A stretch of 64,000 nucleotides of DNA, taken from the NCBI GenBank assembly GCA_958009085.1, contig OY253680.1, positions 620,001-684,000 of the forward strand, given 5' to 3'. The first letter of the stretch is position 1. Every line of letters starts with the position of its first letter. Both the position numbers and the translations under genes were made by a program. Below, one piece after another: positions 26,861-40,000 of this stretch. The stretch is from Protoeuglena noctilucae (Eukaryota). The notes under the pieces are model-generated. The model was not told where the DNA came from. It searched no databases and saw only the letters and a list, made by a program, of their open reading frames with translations.

Positions 26861-28023
26861 ATGTCGAGAAAGAGGAGGGTGAGAGACGTCGATGTGGCCA
26901 CCAGGTCGCCGCAAGGGAGCCCTGCGCTTCACACGATGCACAGGATGGGCGCGACGTCCAACTTGTCCAGCTTGTCCGGCGCTCGGTACGCCGGATACTT
27001 TCGCCTATGGTTGCGTCTAAGCCTTGTTAATCCATTGCACGCAGCGGTCCATCCGGCAGGGCGTTATCCTGGGCGCGATGCATCCCGCGCAGCGCGCCAG
27101 GCAACAGCTCTCCGCCGCACCGCAACAGGACGCCACGCCCCGCGAACCTGTTTTCCCGGTTCATGGACAGCGGCTCGGCGGGGGCACTCTGGCTTGGTGA
27201 GCTCCAGGAAGTGATCCTAGGCTGCGTCTTGAGCCTCGGGCCTTGTTGCTCCGCTATCGCCCCTGAGGACCCCGCAGGAGCAACGAGCAGGTGGACCCGA
27301 ACGCTCGTGCCAACTCTCGACGGTTCAGGACGGAGCGCGAGCAGGACAGGCTCCACGAACTGGCGATGGCGATGGTGAAGGAGGAGCTTGCCGAGCCGGA
27401 CGCGAGCCAGCAGGCCATGGAATTCTTGCGCTCGCGCGGACACACGGGCGCCTCCGCCACCGCGCTGTGGAGGGATGCGCAGGCGAGCCCACCGCTGTGC
27501 GTGGAGCGGCGGGCAGGTGGCAGTATGGTTAGGATAATATCGTGATGCGGTCGCGATCGCCGCCCCCGCAGTTGCGCGCCAAGAGGGATCGCGCGCAGGA
27601 ACAGATCATCGAGAAGAAGGCCGCGGAGGAGGCGAAACTCGAGGCGCACAAGCGCAAAAAGCAAGAGGAGTTTCTTCAGCTTCATGCGCGACAGGCGGAG
27701 GAGCGGAGGCGGGAGGAGGAGGAGCGGGAGAAGAGGGCAGAGCAGCTGCGAGCACAAGTTCGCACGTTCCGGTGACGAGCGATGCCGCAAACTTTTGCAG
27801 AGCAGAGTTATAGCACGACCTCCCAACGCTCACGCACCGCGTTGTCTTTCGCGCACCCAGGGCGTTCCTGATGGATGCCGAGAGCCAGAGGGCGCTTCAT
27901 GAGCTCGAAAAGACGAGCGGGGAGGCGGTGGTGCGCGCGGTGCTGGAGAAGGAGCACAACATCGGTCCCGAATTCCTCGACAAGGCGATGGTCAAGATCC
28001 GGAAGGCGGGCAGCGGGCAATAG
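26861..28023 (+). CDS. Hypothetical coiled-coil protein (5' exons uncertain)
   Basis: Exons ~27278-27482 (EQDRLHELAMAMVKEEL), 27572-~27757 (LRAKRDRAQEQIIEKKAAEE..) and ~27861-28023 (AFLMDAESQRALHELEK..GQ*). GC donor at 27483. Confidence 0.55.
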
Positions 28024-28231
28024 CCTCGCATCCTCACAGGCGGAGTCGCACTATCTGCTCCTGTCATACCCGGTCTTCTCGTCTGGCAATTGTATGTCAG
28101 TATTCAACTCGCGGGCGCGAGAGTCCCAGTGTCACGGTTCCGTGAGCGGCGAGTAGATTTCTCTTCATGCCCCTCGGCGCATTCCTATTGCAAGCTTGGC
28201 ATCATCGTACATGCAATCGCAGTGTTGTATC

Positions 28232-30543
28232 TTAAAAGTGCACAGTGGCCCTGTCCCCTGCGTCGGGCATCCGCATAACGGAGGCCATGCGGGCGTGGTA
28301 CTTGCGCGTCTGCTCCAGCAAAGCCTCGTACTGCGGGGAGAGAGAGATGAGAGATGCATATCGGACATGCGGTCACAATTATAACGTGGCGAAGGTTCTT
28401 TTTCACACGCAGCCCCACATCACACACGGTGTCCGTCACAGCCGACGCAACGCACAGCACTCCCCACAGCTCCCGCACCTTCTCCAGCAACGCCGTGACG
28501 TTGGCTTCGTGCTGCGCCTCGGCTATCCGCGCCTGCTCCCTCAGCGCCCGTGCCTGTGCTTCGTTCTCCTGCATCTGAGCCTCGGCGGCGTCATTGGCCG
28601 CCTGCACTGCCTCCTTCTGTGCACGCTGCTGCTCGACCCCCGACGCCGCCGCCTCCTTCCGCAGCGCCGACTGGGCCTCCAGCCGCTGCATCCGCTCCTT
28701 CAGAGAGCCCTCCTGCCGGTGCAGGTGCTGCCTGCGTGAGCGAAGCGGGTGCGGGAAAGTGCAGGGAAGTGCAGCTAGCATGGCATGGGCGGGAAGAGTA
28801 TACATAAGTATCGGATGCGGGAGTGGCAGTGCTAGAGGACCCGCAATGGCGCAGCCACCCCAGTTACCACCGCCGTGCTGCCACCACGACCCCAGTGACC
28901 ACCAAACCCAAGGCCGCACCTGGAGGCCTGCAGGTGCAGTTGTTCGCTCTCCAGCTGCTCGATCTGCGCTCGGAGGTCCTTGACGCGACGCGACACCTCC
29001 TTCTTGCGAGCCACTTGCTCCTCCAAGGCTTCAAGCGCCTGCGTCATGCCCTGCACCTCCCGGTCGTGACGCTGCAGGGCGTCCAGGCGCGCCTGGTGCT
29101 CCCGGAGGCGGTGCTCGGCCTGCGTTGATGAGAAGAGACGAGGGATTTGCAACAACACTGCAACAACACTGCCGATGTGTGACATGACGCAGCCCCATGG
29201 CCACCCACTTGGCATGGAACGACGAACCATGTCGCATCGATACGTCAGCCAGCCACGTTGCGGCAACAGCCATGTCGCAACATGCGCGTGCTGGGGTTCC
29301 CGGATGCCCCATCGCCGTGCCCGTGCCCATGTCTAACCCCCCTTCCCCGGCGCCACGCACCGCCACGAGCGCTGCCTTCTCGTCCTCCAATCGCCTCTCC
29401 CTCTCCGCCAGCGCCGCTTGCAGCTTCTCGGGACTCTGCACGATCGCGTCCTCCAGAGCACGTTGCCGCGACTCGGCCTCCGCCACCTCCCGGCGCCGGT
29501 CTGCCGCCACCTGAGTCAGCTCCGCCGTCCGCGCCTTGAGGGCCTTGAGCTGCTGCTGCAGACCGCTCTGCAGGCCGGATGCGGTGGACGGGGTACTGGG
29601 TCGTGCCACAGGGTCGTGCCCAATGTGCAGCACGTCGCAACCGGATTATGATGCCCAATCGTCTAACCTGCTCATCGTTCCACGATTCCCCTAACCCTGC
29701 CTCACCTGCTTGTCGTTCAGCTGCTTGACCTGGGCCAGCAGTGCTTCTGCCTCCTCCTCCACGGCAATGGCCTCCGCGTCGTCCCTGGCACGCTCCGCCT
29801 CCACCTCCGCCAGCTCCGCCTTCAAGCGGCGGTTCTCCTCCAGAGCCGCGTCGTAGTCCGCCCTGCGCGCGCGGCGAGCCCGGCGGGTCGGGCGCACGCG
29901 GCGGCAGGGATGGCAACGGTTTGGTGCGAAAGGGATGTCATCCCGCACTCACTTGACCTGCTCCGACTTGTCCTGGTGCGACAGGAACACCTGCAGCTTC
30001 TCCTCTCGCCATTTGCCGAAGTTGATGATGGCGGACAGGTTCCGCCGCGTCCGCGCCTGCGGGCAGGGCGGGCAGCTGGCGTGACGAGATGCGGTCGCCC
30101 CGCGCGGCCGGCGCGGAGGCTCCTGGGCCGGTAGCTCACCGGCTCCGGCTTAAAGACGTCGCGTATGCTGAAGTCGAGGCACCCTGCTGCGAAGAGGAGC
30201 CTCATGGTGTTGCGGAGGAAGGACATGACCGGGATGGACTCGTCGTGGAGCTCCGGGAACTCCATCGCGTCGATGGCAGCAAAGACGGGCTGCTGCATCT
30301 CGTCCCTGCATCCGCGAAGGAGGAGCGGGCGTTCGCGGGGGACGCGGGGCGTCCAGTCGCGGCGGGCAGGGCGTCGCTCCCTCGCCTCGTGACGCCCACG
30401 AGCATGGTGACCAGCGTTTCGTATAGAGGCTTCACGGCCTCATACGTCGGCTTCAGAAGGTTGGCTTCCGTGAAGGGGATGTCCAGCTCGGCGAGGCAGG
30501 CGAGGATTTCCCCGTTGTCGAGGAGGGGGAAGGAGTACGACAT
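28232..30543 (-). CDS. NUF2: Kinetochore protein Nuf2
   Basis: MSYSFPLLDNGEILACLAELDIPF..LLKPT, FPELHDESIP, DFSIRDVFKPEPARTRRNLSAIINFGKWREEK, followed by a long coiled coil. 7 exons. Confidence 0.92.
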
Positions 30544-31077
30544 CCTCGGACCGAGGCGGGGGCTCGCAGTCCCGCCGGGGGACGCGGAAATTGAATTGCG
30601 ACGGAGCGGCCGCCGTAAACCTGGCGAGCGGGGCGACCCGGGCGACCCCGCGAGTCAACAATGCTTCCTGCGCGGGAGGGCCGAACCGAGGGGCGGAGCG
30701 CCAGTGGCGGAGTAGCGGTGCACAAAAAGCTATTTCTGCGCCGTCCCGAGCGGCAGAGGCGAGGCTCAGGCTGACGGGCTTGCGCTGTCGGACCCTCCTG
30801 TCAGAGGTGGCCGTTTCGCGGATTGGCGCGACCCCGCATACGATAGAAATGCTCAATGCCACCCCACTCTCTTCAGCGAGGCGCGGCGAGTTTGTGTTCG
30901 CATGCATTCACGTAATACATGCGTGGGGTGCGGAAAGCACGGTTGCGTCCAGCCTTCTGACCACTTCGGCCCGTCCCTCGCCCCGCTCAAGTAAACGCCC
31001 TCTCCCGTTCCGTTTCTTATCCCTGCCGAGCCTGGCTGCGAGCGCGAGCGCCTCGCGGGGGCCCCAGCCCCGGCGCG

Positions 31078-32763
31078 ATGCCGATCGACTGGGCCAGCGT
31101 CCTGGCCGCGCAGGCTTTAGAGGAAGAGGAGGAACGTGAGTGTGTTTTCGGTTGTCGTGCACCTGTCAAGCCGGGACCTGACCCTTTGCATCGCTCCCTC
31201 GCGCTTCCGCACGGCTGCAGCCAAAACCCACGGTGACGGACCCGCACGGCTCGCCTGCGCAGGCAAGAAGGCGAACCCGGAGGCCGCGACCCAGAATGCT
31301 GAGCCTGAAACGCATTCGAGAGCATCGGGACCGCGTTGGACGCGCGAGCGCGCACCCAGGCATGCCCGCTCACGTGCCGCTTCATCAGGCGAGTGCCGCC
31401 CGCGCAGCGCGACGATTCTCTCCACGTGTGCTGCCGCAAATATTTCAAGACTCATTCCACACACGCAGATGGTTCGAGCGTGTTGGGGGACCGCGACGAC
31501 GGCGTGTGGGCTCTTGGCCTTGAGGCAAGCGAAGCTGCGCTCGCTTGCAGCCTGACCTTCCCAAGCCGCGCTCGCAATCTGCATGTTCACTTCACTGCAT
31601 CGCTTGCCCGTCCTCGCAGGGACCCCTGAAGAACCTCGTCCTGTGGCGCCATCCCAAGGTGTCTGGGACGTTGCTATGCATCGTGCTTCTGATATACGTG
31701 GTGAACAACAGGCGAGTGACGCCATGCGCTGCAGCATTGTGGGTTAGCCTTCGACTCTGCCTAAAGCTTGAGAAGATTCAGGTGTTTGCGAACCCCGGTT
31801 ACAGCCTGCGCATTTGCGCGGAGCGCGACTGCGGCTTACCTGCAGCCCGCGGGTTGTGCAGATGAGCAAGGGCGACGCTTTCGCTCCCCCGCAGCCACAC
31901 GGCCAACGTCAGCGCCCTGCTCCAGTTGGCCGCTCTCGTGACGGTGGGGTGGTACCTGTTTGCGGTGTTCGCGCGTTCCCTGCAAAAGGACGACAAGTGG
32001 TTCTGGGACTTTCCCGACGAGCTCCCACCAGGCGAGTCATTTGCTATTTGCCACTTCGCATGCGCTGCCTATGGCCAGGTGCATGGGATGGGCTCACGTC
32101 AGCCGTCTCAGCCCAGCCACGCAGTGCGACAACGCTGACCGTGTGATGGCACTGACGAGGAGCATAGCTGCGCACTGACACTCGTTGACCACCCCACTGC
32201 CTTCTTCGTCCCATTACTAAATCAGAACATTTCTCTCTCCTTACAAACTGCAGAGTTCGAGGACGCATTGAAGCCCGTCTTCGCCTTTTTACTCCACAAG
32301 GACACCGGATTCCTGCACCGCCTGGCTCGGGCATGCGGCGGATCCACGTACGACCTGGTCGTGGTGTCCATCAGCATGGGCGTCACATCCCGGCTCCTCT
32401 ACAGCGTGCCCCTCCCCACACTCCTCCTTATCGCGTGCGTCGCGCTGCTCACGGTATTCAAAATCTACGAGATGCGACAGAGGGACATCAGGCGAGGTCG
32501 CGAGCATAGCTGCGCATGTGTCGTCGCCCCGTGTGTTTCACACGGGATAAAACCCATTGTGAGGGACACGTGTGGCATGTGGCGTGGGGATGTGGCGTCG
32601 ACGTGCCCCTGACTGTCCGACCCTCTGCAGAGCGATGCGGAAGCAGGCCGAGAGGGTGCTGAACGACTTTTACGACAAACTCGACGACGACCTGTTCTGG
32701 TTCAAGATCAAGAGGCGGAAGAAGAAGGACCCGCCCGCAAAGGCTCCGGCGGCGGCGCAGTGA
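31078..32763 (+). CDS. Reticulon-like protein
   Basis: DPLKNLVLWRHPKVSGTLLCIVLLIYVV..SALLQLAALVTVGWYLF, then a second hydrophobic hairpin SRLLYSVPLPTLLLIACVALLTVFKIYEMRQRDI and a basic C-terminus. Three GC donors (31712, 32032, 32492). Confidence 0.7.
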
Positions 32764-32985
32764 CGGGCGGGTGACTAGGCAGCGCGCCGGCGTGGGGTGC
32801 ATTCCGTCGCGATCGCCGATGCAGCGCTGCACGGCCGCTCGACCCGCGGGGCGCTGCGGATGCGCCTTGCCGACCATGTGACATGTGACGGCGTAACTGT
32901 TGAATGAGTCATCACATCTTGTCGCTTCCCTCGTCGGCCACCATCACACGTAACCGGTGAATGCGATCACATCTCTTGAATGCGA

Positions 32986-33851
32986 TCACATCTCGTCGCT
33001 GCCCTCGTCTGCCACCTTCACGCGGCGCCACGCGAGCTCGGCGGGCTTCTCCCACTGCGTCTTGCCCGACACCTTGTTCCAGTAGTAGTGGTCGCCGTGC
33101 TCCTGGGAAAGGCAGAGGCTATAGCTATGGCTGATATGTATCACATATCAGCAAGCTCGACACGCCCATCGACATCAGCTGCACGGGACCCGGGACGCAG
33201 CCACCAGCGTGCGCCTCGCATGCAAGGAGTTCTGCTGCAGGTACCGCGCATCGGCTCGCGTGGAATGGGCGGCGCTGCGTGCAGCTGCGCCCATGACAAG
33301 ACCGCCAATGCACCTTGGAGTGGCGGGCCTCCCACGCGGCCTCCTCCGGGAGCTCCCAAGTCGACTCGCCCGTGAAGGCGTTGTAGTAGTACGTCTGGCC
33401 GTTCTCGTTCTGGTGCTCCTGCCAGAAGACGGCCCGGGGGTGCCAATCGACTTCGTTCGTCACCTCGTTCCACCAGTAGTACTCGCCCCAGTCCTCCTTG
33501 AGGTACTGCGGGACACGGGAAGCTACAAATTCGTATCTAGAATTCACGGCCGCGAAGCGTTGTCGGTCCGCGGGCGCGGGCGCGCACCCGGCTCGAGTCG
33601 TGGGTTAGGATGCTTGAGGAACCCGCGTTGTACGTCGTCGCGGCCCCGACTTCGCCCGCAGAGTTGCCCCAGTCCTGCGGAGGCGACCACAGGTGTTAAT
33701 GCCGTCGCCATTTGTTGGGCAACGAACCACTCGGCATCACAGGGCGCCCCTCCGCACGCACCGGGTCCCAGTCATCGCTGAAAGCGGGGCGCGCGAGCCC
33801 CAGCACGCCGATGGTTAAGGCGATCACGAGGAGATTTTTGCGAGTCCACAT
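32986..33851 (-). CDS. Signal-peptide-bearing WW-domain protein
   Basis: MWTRKNLLVIALTIGVLGLARPAFS, then YYWWNEVTNEVDW, WQEHQNENGQTYYYNAFTGESTWELP, HYYWNKVSGKTQWEKP; ends DEGSDEM*. 4 exons. Confidence 0.8.
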
Positions 33852-34518
33852 TTCTGGAATCTGCGGTCGGAACGGGAAGGAGGGAATTGGCCCTCTTTTC
33901 AAGGGCTTCCCGGGAACGCGGACGACGCGCGCCGCGGTCAAGACGGTGTGCGCAAACTATCGAAGCAATCACGAAACACGTGGACGCCTGTGGTGTAAAC
34001 GGCACGCCCTGTGTTGGCCCCGCCACCGGCCTGGAGCCAAACCGCCTTCGAGGTCCTGACCAGACTCCCCCGCCGTCCATGGGAAGCAGCGCGTGGACCC
34101 ACCTATTCAACAGAACCAAAGTATCACGCTGGATGTCGTCGGGGCGAGCGCGAGAGCCTGTGTTTGACCCCTCGCTCTGCAGCACTGGGTGCGAACAGCT
34201 TTACGGCTCCCAGGCTCGTTGCTGCTTGGGATGGCTCGCTGGCGCAGTGAGTTGATCATCTCTAGCACCGCCGTCCGCCCCAAAATCTTAAACTCGGCTG
34301 CGCAGCGCATGCCAGCTGCGGGGGCAGTCCCTGCACAATCGCCAGTGGGCCTAGAGAGAGAGCAAGCAAAAGCGTCAAGTCATCCGGCAGTGCCACTGCT
34401 GCCACGAGCGACCGGGCCCGCCCCGGGACTACTAGCCCTCCGACCCGAGGGCAGCCTCAGACCATTTAAACAGGGGCAGTCTCGATCCACAGCCAAACAG
34501 CGAAGGACGTTCGCGGCG

Positions 34519-36426
34519 TCACGGCATGGGCATGCGGCACACGGAGCTCCCCGGCGAGTCCTCGACTTGGATGGTGGAGTGCTTGAGCCCCCGCCGATGC
34601 GCGACCTTCTCGCAGCTGCTGAGGACCTCGCGCCAGTCGGCCCCCGGCGCCAGCACGACGTGGCAGGAGAAGAGGGGCACGCCGGCCGAGAGCTGCCAGA
34701 GGTGCAGGTCGTGCACCTGCGCCACGCCGGGCACCCGCGCGAGGTCCAAGTGCAGGTCGCACGCCTGCTGGTCCCTGTAAACACGACGCGGTCAGGTAGG
34801 TGTTGGTTGTGAAGTGACCAACCGCCACAGGTGCAGCGCTGAACATGCTCAAGCAGTGTTGTGCAGGCACACAGGTTATGCCATGTCTAAACTTGTCACT
34901 TGCATGTCCTGGCAGCCGTGATCGCATGTAAGACGCTCGGCTGCTGCGATATCGATCGTGGCAATACCCATCGCACGTTGTCCTCACCTCGGCGCCCGCT
35001 CCATGAGGACGTCGCTGAGCTCGCGGAGGATGCCCGAGGTGGTGAGGAGGACCAGGACCGAGAACAGGAAGGTGCAGGCGGGGTCCGCGTAGGTCCAGAA
35101 GCTATACCCTCCCGGCCGGATCCATATCAGCAACCCTGCGATGATCACCCCAATGTTCTGGATGCCGTCGCCGATCGCGTGCAGCAGCGCCGCGCGCTGG
35201 TTGACGCTGTCGTGGTGTCCGTGGCCGTGCGAGTGGCCGTGCGCATCGTGTGACGAATTGTCCGAGGGAGAGTGGGAGTGGCTCTCCGTATCGCTGTCCG
35301 AGTGGCTGTGGTCATGGTCGTGATCATGGTCATGGTGATCGTCGTGGTCGTGGTCGTGGTCGTCGTTGTGGCTGCGGCCGTGACGGGAATGACCATGCCC
35401 ATGACCATGACCGTGGCTGTGACCGTGGCGACTGTGACCATGACCATGACCATGACCATGACTGTGACCATGCCCATGCCCATGCCCGTGGTGGTGGTGG
35501 CCATGACCGTGCAGCACGAGAGCGATGAAGACGTTGGACGCCAATCCCAGGCACCCCACAATGACCATCATCTTGCCATTCACCTCCTGCGGGGCCAGGC
35601 CAGGGTGCGTGTCTGACCAACGCAGCTGCCGCTGCTGGCGCGCAGTGGCGTGCATTCACTCAATGTGGCACCAGCGCCACGCTCGCATGCAATTGCAATG
35701 CGCAGCGCTCTCGCCTGCGGATGCAGCATCCGGCCCACCGCCTCCCACACGAGGATGCCCGTCACGCCCCACACCAGCATCACTGACGCCAGCGCCCCCA
35801 GCACCTCCGCCCGCAGGTACCCGAAGCTGTGCGTCGACGAGGGCGTCTTGCTGGCGTAGCTGCGGGTGCAACAACATTTGTTGTGTTCGCATAAATGTGG
35901 CGCAGCTGTATAAGGACTCCAGCGGAGCGCTGCATGCCAAACCACGCACCTCTGTGCCACCAGCGCCACTGCAAACCCCGTCACGTCCGAGAGCATGTGG
36001 ACGGAATCGCTCCACAGAGCCAGACTGTTCGAAATGTAGGCCGCAATCATCTCGATCCTGCGACGGCGCAGCGGGCGGCGGCAATCATGCGCAGCGTGCG
36101 GGCGCACGGGTGTAGCTAGCCGGCCGCGCGGGCCCGGGGCGCCGCGGAGCTGCGTCCGCGGGCATGGCCACTCACGCCATGAATGTCGCGGAGAAGAGGA
36201 GGGCCCCCAGCAGCTTCCAGCGCCCCTCGGCCCTCCGGTTCATGGCGGCCTCGAGCTCGGGGTGCCTGCCGTCGAAAAGGTGACATGTCGTGGCCTCCTC
36301 AGGCGCGGACACGACGAAATCGATCCCACTGAACATCTCCACGACCGTCCGCCACCACGTCCGGCGGTCGGCGTCGCGGGCGCCATCCCCCGTCTCCACG
36401 TCCAGCCGCTCGAACCCCCCGGGCAT
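34519..36426 (-). CDS. Cation diffusion facilitator zinc transporter (ZnT/MTP1-like) with long His-rich loop
   Basis: SNSLALWSDSVHMLSDVTGF, HSFGYLRAEVLGALASV, a (HG)n/HD-rich loop at 35215-35515, NQRAALLHAIGD, ADPACTFLFS, VHDLHLWQL, HSTIQVE. Confidence 0.93.
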
Positions 36427-37080
36427 CCCAGACCCCCCAAACTGCGAGCCCGGCAGAAGGTTAGATGCTCATGGATGCGCTGTGACAGGCGCGGGGCACG
36501 CAGCGATATCGGGGCGTTCAAAGGCTCTCACCGCAGACGCACGAGACGACACCGAGGGCCGCGCCCCGGCCGCGGGATGAAACCCCGGCCCCGCGGGAGT
36601 CTCGTCCCGACCCGAGGGCGGGTGAGGTCTTGCGGCGCCGCACCGGCGAGGAGCCGCGAGGATACTTTTAGCCTGTGAAATGCCTGGTACCGCTCGACCG
36701 CAGCTGTCCACCGGAGCTGCAGGCGTGACGAAGGCTGCGTGGGGGCCGCCCCTGCGGTCCGGATGTTCGAGGGACGCTGCTGTTTCCGACACCCCCAGTC
36801 AGACGGCGCGTCCTGTGACGAAAACCAACACCTTACTGCGCGCTGGGGACACGGACACTAGCTGGTATCGTGACGGAGGCCGGTGGCAGTCGCCGCCCCA
36901 GACGGCGTGCTCGGGGAGCTGAACATGCAGAACGCGTGGCTTTCCTTCCTCTTCAGGCGCTAACAGCGCCCATCTCCTTGGCTCGAACCCTTTGTTACAA
37001 GCACCTTGACCGTTCCGCTACCTCCGCATTCGTCGCGCCATGGCGGAGCACGCGAATCGGCCCGACAGCGCACGTGCGCC

Positions 37081-40000
37081 ATGGCTAGCCGCGCGCACGC
37101 CGCTGTCCCCCTCCCGCGTGCCATCGCGTTCACCGGCGGTTCCGTATCCTTCGCAGGGGGCGCCAACGACGCCAAGCGCCGCCATGCCCGCTGGCAACTG
37201 CACGACACATTCCGCAAGGAGCTCGTGGAGCGCTTCAACCACATCTCCGCGAAGCTGGACCAGGCGAAAAAGCCCGAGATCCTGCGGTGAGGGACAATGG
37301 ACGCGATCGCGTTCGCGCTTTGCGCATCGGGCCTGCGGGGAGCCGGTCGCCGGCCGGCATGCACGGCCGCGCAGGCTGGACCGTCCCTCCGCGCCCGACG
37401 CCCGCCGCGCCCGGCCCCGCGCAGGGACAAGGCGGTGCGGAAACGCGAGGAGTACGCGTTGCGGCAGATCCAGAGCGAGGGCAGCATCCGCGGCGCGGGC
37501 AACTGGAGCGAGCTGAGCCTGACCCAGCCCTCGGCGCTCTCCCTCCGGAGCTACGTGCTCCCGAGCGTGCGCACCGGGCCCGTCATCGCGGACGCAGATC
37601 GCCACCGCGTCGTCCCCGTCAGGTGAAGCTTGCGGGTGGCGCGGTGAGGTCCTTAGAGCTTACGTGCGGAGCTGTGCTGCTTGCTGACGCACCCCATCGC
37701 CGCACATGTCTCTTAATACCATGCACCACTCCTATTTCTACTATGTCTTGAGCCCAGCTGGTCACACTGCAGCCCACCAGACTGGTACGTCAACCACGCA
37801 ACCCCGACCGCCCCACCAAACCACCCCCACCCCCACCCCCAACCTTCCCCCCCGCAGCGAAGTGAAGATCGAGCGTGTGGAGATGAACCGTCTCATCAAC
37901 ATCAACGTCCACCGCACCGCACGCACATTGGTGGAAGAGAGCTTGACGGACCGACGTGACGCCTTGATGGAGGAGGCGTGTCAGCTGTTCGGCTCTCGGC
38001 TGTCGCTCTACCGCAGCTTCGGGATCCGGGACCGGGAGCGGCGCATCGTGAACAAGCTGCAGCGGCTGGTGGAGAACGCGCTCGTGCAGAGGGTCGAGGT
38101 GGAGCTGGAGAGGCGAGTGGGGTGTGACGTGGGGTTGCGGAGCGGGAGGTGGGGTGGGGTGATGAGAGAATGAGAGAGCCGGGGTTGGCAACCCGGGAGG
38201 CATACTTGGTATTGATTGCTTCGCCGCCTCGCTTTCACAACAACAACGTTAACGACAACGCAGTTATACACACGTCACGCCAGTGTCGTGCCGCAGGTTG
38301 CGTGAGGGTGCCCGCGGGGAGCCCGTGATCTTAGACGAGGCGCGCAACCGAGTGCTGAAGGAGCTGCAGGATTACATGGGAGTGGGTCCCACTAGCAGCA
38401 GGGGTCATCACACACACCCGGCCGTCGCATCGCAACACGGGGGGGGGCAGCCGCTCACCCGTGCCCACGCAGCGGAAGCCACAGCGACCGCCGCCGCCGC
38501 GCAGCAATCGCCCGGGCAGCGGGCGGCGAAAGCGGGGCCGGCGGGAGGCGCTAGGCGGGGGTCTGCGGCTGGGATCGCCCCAGGCATGGCCCCCACCGCC
38601 AATGCTGCCGGTGCTGATGCGAAACTCAGCAAGGTGCGGGGATCGTTTCTGGCACTGGAGGCCTTTCGCACGAGTATGGAATCTGAGGGATTGGTTGCGG
38701 GGAATAGCATGCGTCGCGGGAGCAACGCGAGGGGTGGGAGAGGGGGCGGGGCGGGGGTGCACTTTGGGCAGGGTGAGGGGGAGGGTGGGGGGGTGGGGGT
38801 GGGGGGTAAGATGGGGGCGGGGGAGGTGGGGCAGGAGGTGGGGGGTAAGGCGCGGGGGAGTGGGCTGGCGGGGGTGGCGGATGCGGCGAGAGGGAAGGGG
38901 GCGGGGGGAGGGGGAGGGGGCGGGGGGTGCGGGGGTGGCAATGGGGGTGGCGGTGGGGGCAGAGGAGGGTCCTGAGGCAGTGTTATCGAGAGAGGTGCAG
39001 GAGTTGGTGGAAAAGCACGGAGGGCCGAGGGAGGGGGTGGCGTGGCGGGGGCTGGCGGGGATTCTGGCGTACGAGGTGGGTGGGGGGTGTTGTGGGGTGT
39101 GTGGGGTGTCAAGCATCGCATCAACTGGCACTCTTGTCCTCTCACCATTCATTGACACTCCTATCTCCTCACCATCTCCACAGAAGCAGTCCACCACCCA
39201 CCGCCTGGAGCCCAGCGGTGCCGAGTCCGGGTCTCAGGGCGCGTCGGAGCTGGCCCGTTTAAACAGAGAGGCCATGCAGAGAATCGAGGGAAAGGAGGAG
39301 GGGCAGGGGAGGGGGGAGGCGAAGGTGACGATGAGATGTGAATGCACATGCATGTGATGTGAGTGGGGAAGGAGGAGGGGCAGGGGAGGGGGGAGGCGAA
39401 GGCGAGGATGAGGATGCATATGTACATGCGATGCGGTGTGAATGTGTCAATTGTGAGTGGGGAAGGAAGAGGGGCAGGGGAGGGGGGAAGCCAAGGCGAG
39501 GAAGTGTTTGTAATATGAAAACACAAATGTGTGTTTATCCGACACCTTGTGTGTTTCGATTCACATCATGTCTCACCCAACACCCCATATGCTCGCTTAC
39601 GCAACTCACTCCAACTCTCTGTCTCTCCGTCTATCTATCGCAGAGGTTCACGATGGACGCCCCCCTGCAAAGCCTGATGGAGGACTCTTGTTTCTACTTC
39701 CTGCCCGGCATCCGATCGAAGCTCATCGGGGGACCATCCGCGCTGAAGGCTGTCGTGGCCAAGGCACTGGTGAGGCGTAAAGGGGGGGAGGGAGGGTGGC
39801 AGTGGGGCTGGCAGTGTGGGTGGTACTGAAGGCTGTGGTGGCAAAGGCACTGGTGAGGCGTAAAGGGGGGGAGGGAGGGTGGCAGTGGGGCTGGCAGTGT
39901 GGGTGGTACTGAAGGCTGTGGTGGCAAAGGCACTGGTGAGGTGTAAGAGGGGTGGGTGGGTTGGCACTGAAGGCGGTCGTGGCAAAGGCACTGGTGAGGG

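Noticed and set aside
39741..40000. Repeat-spacer pattern resembling a CRISPR array
   Set aside because: The repeats are an exon end plus donor, two spacers are near-identical, there are no cas genes, and the context is eukaryotic.
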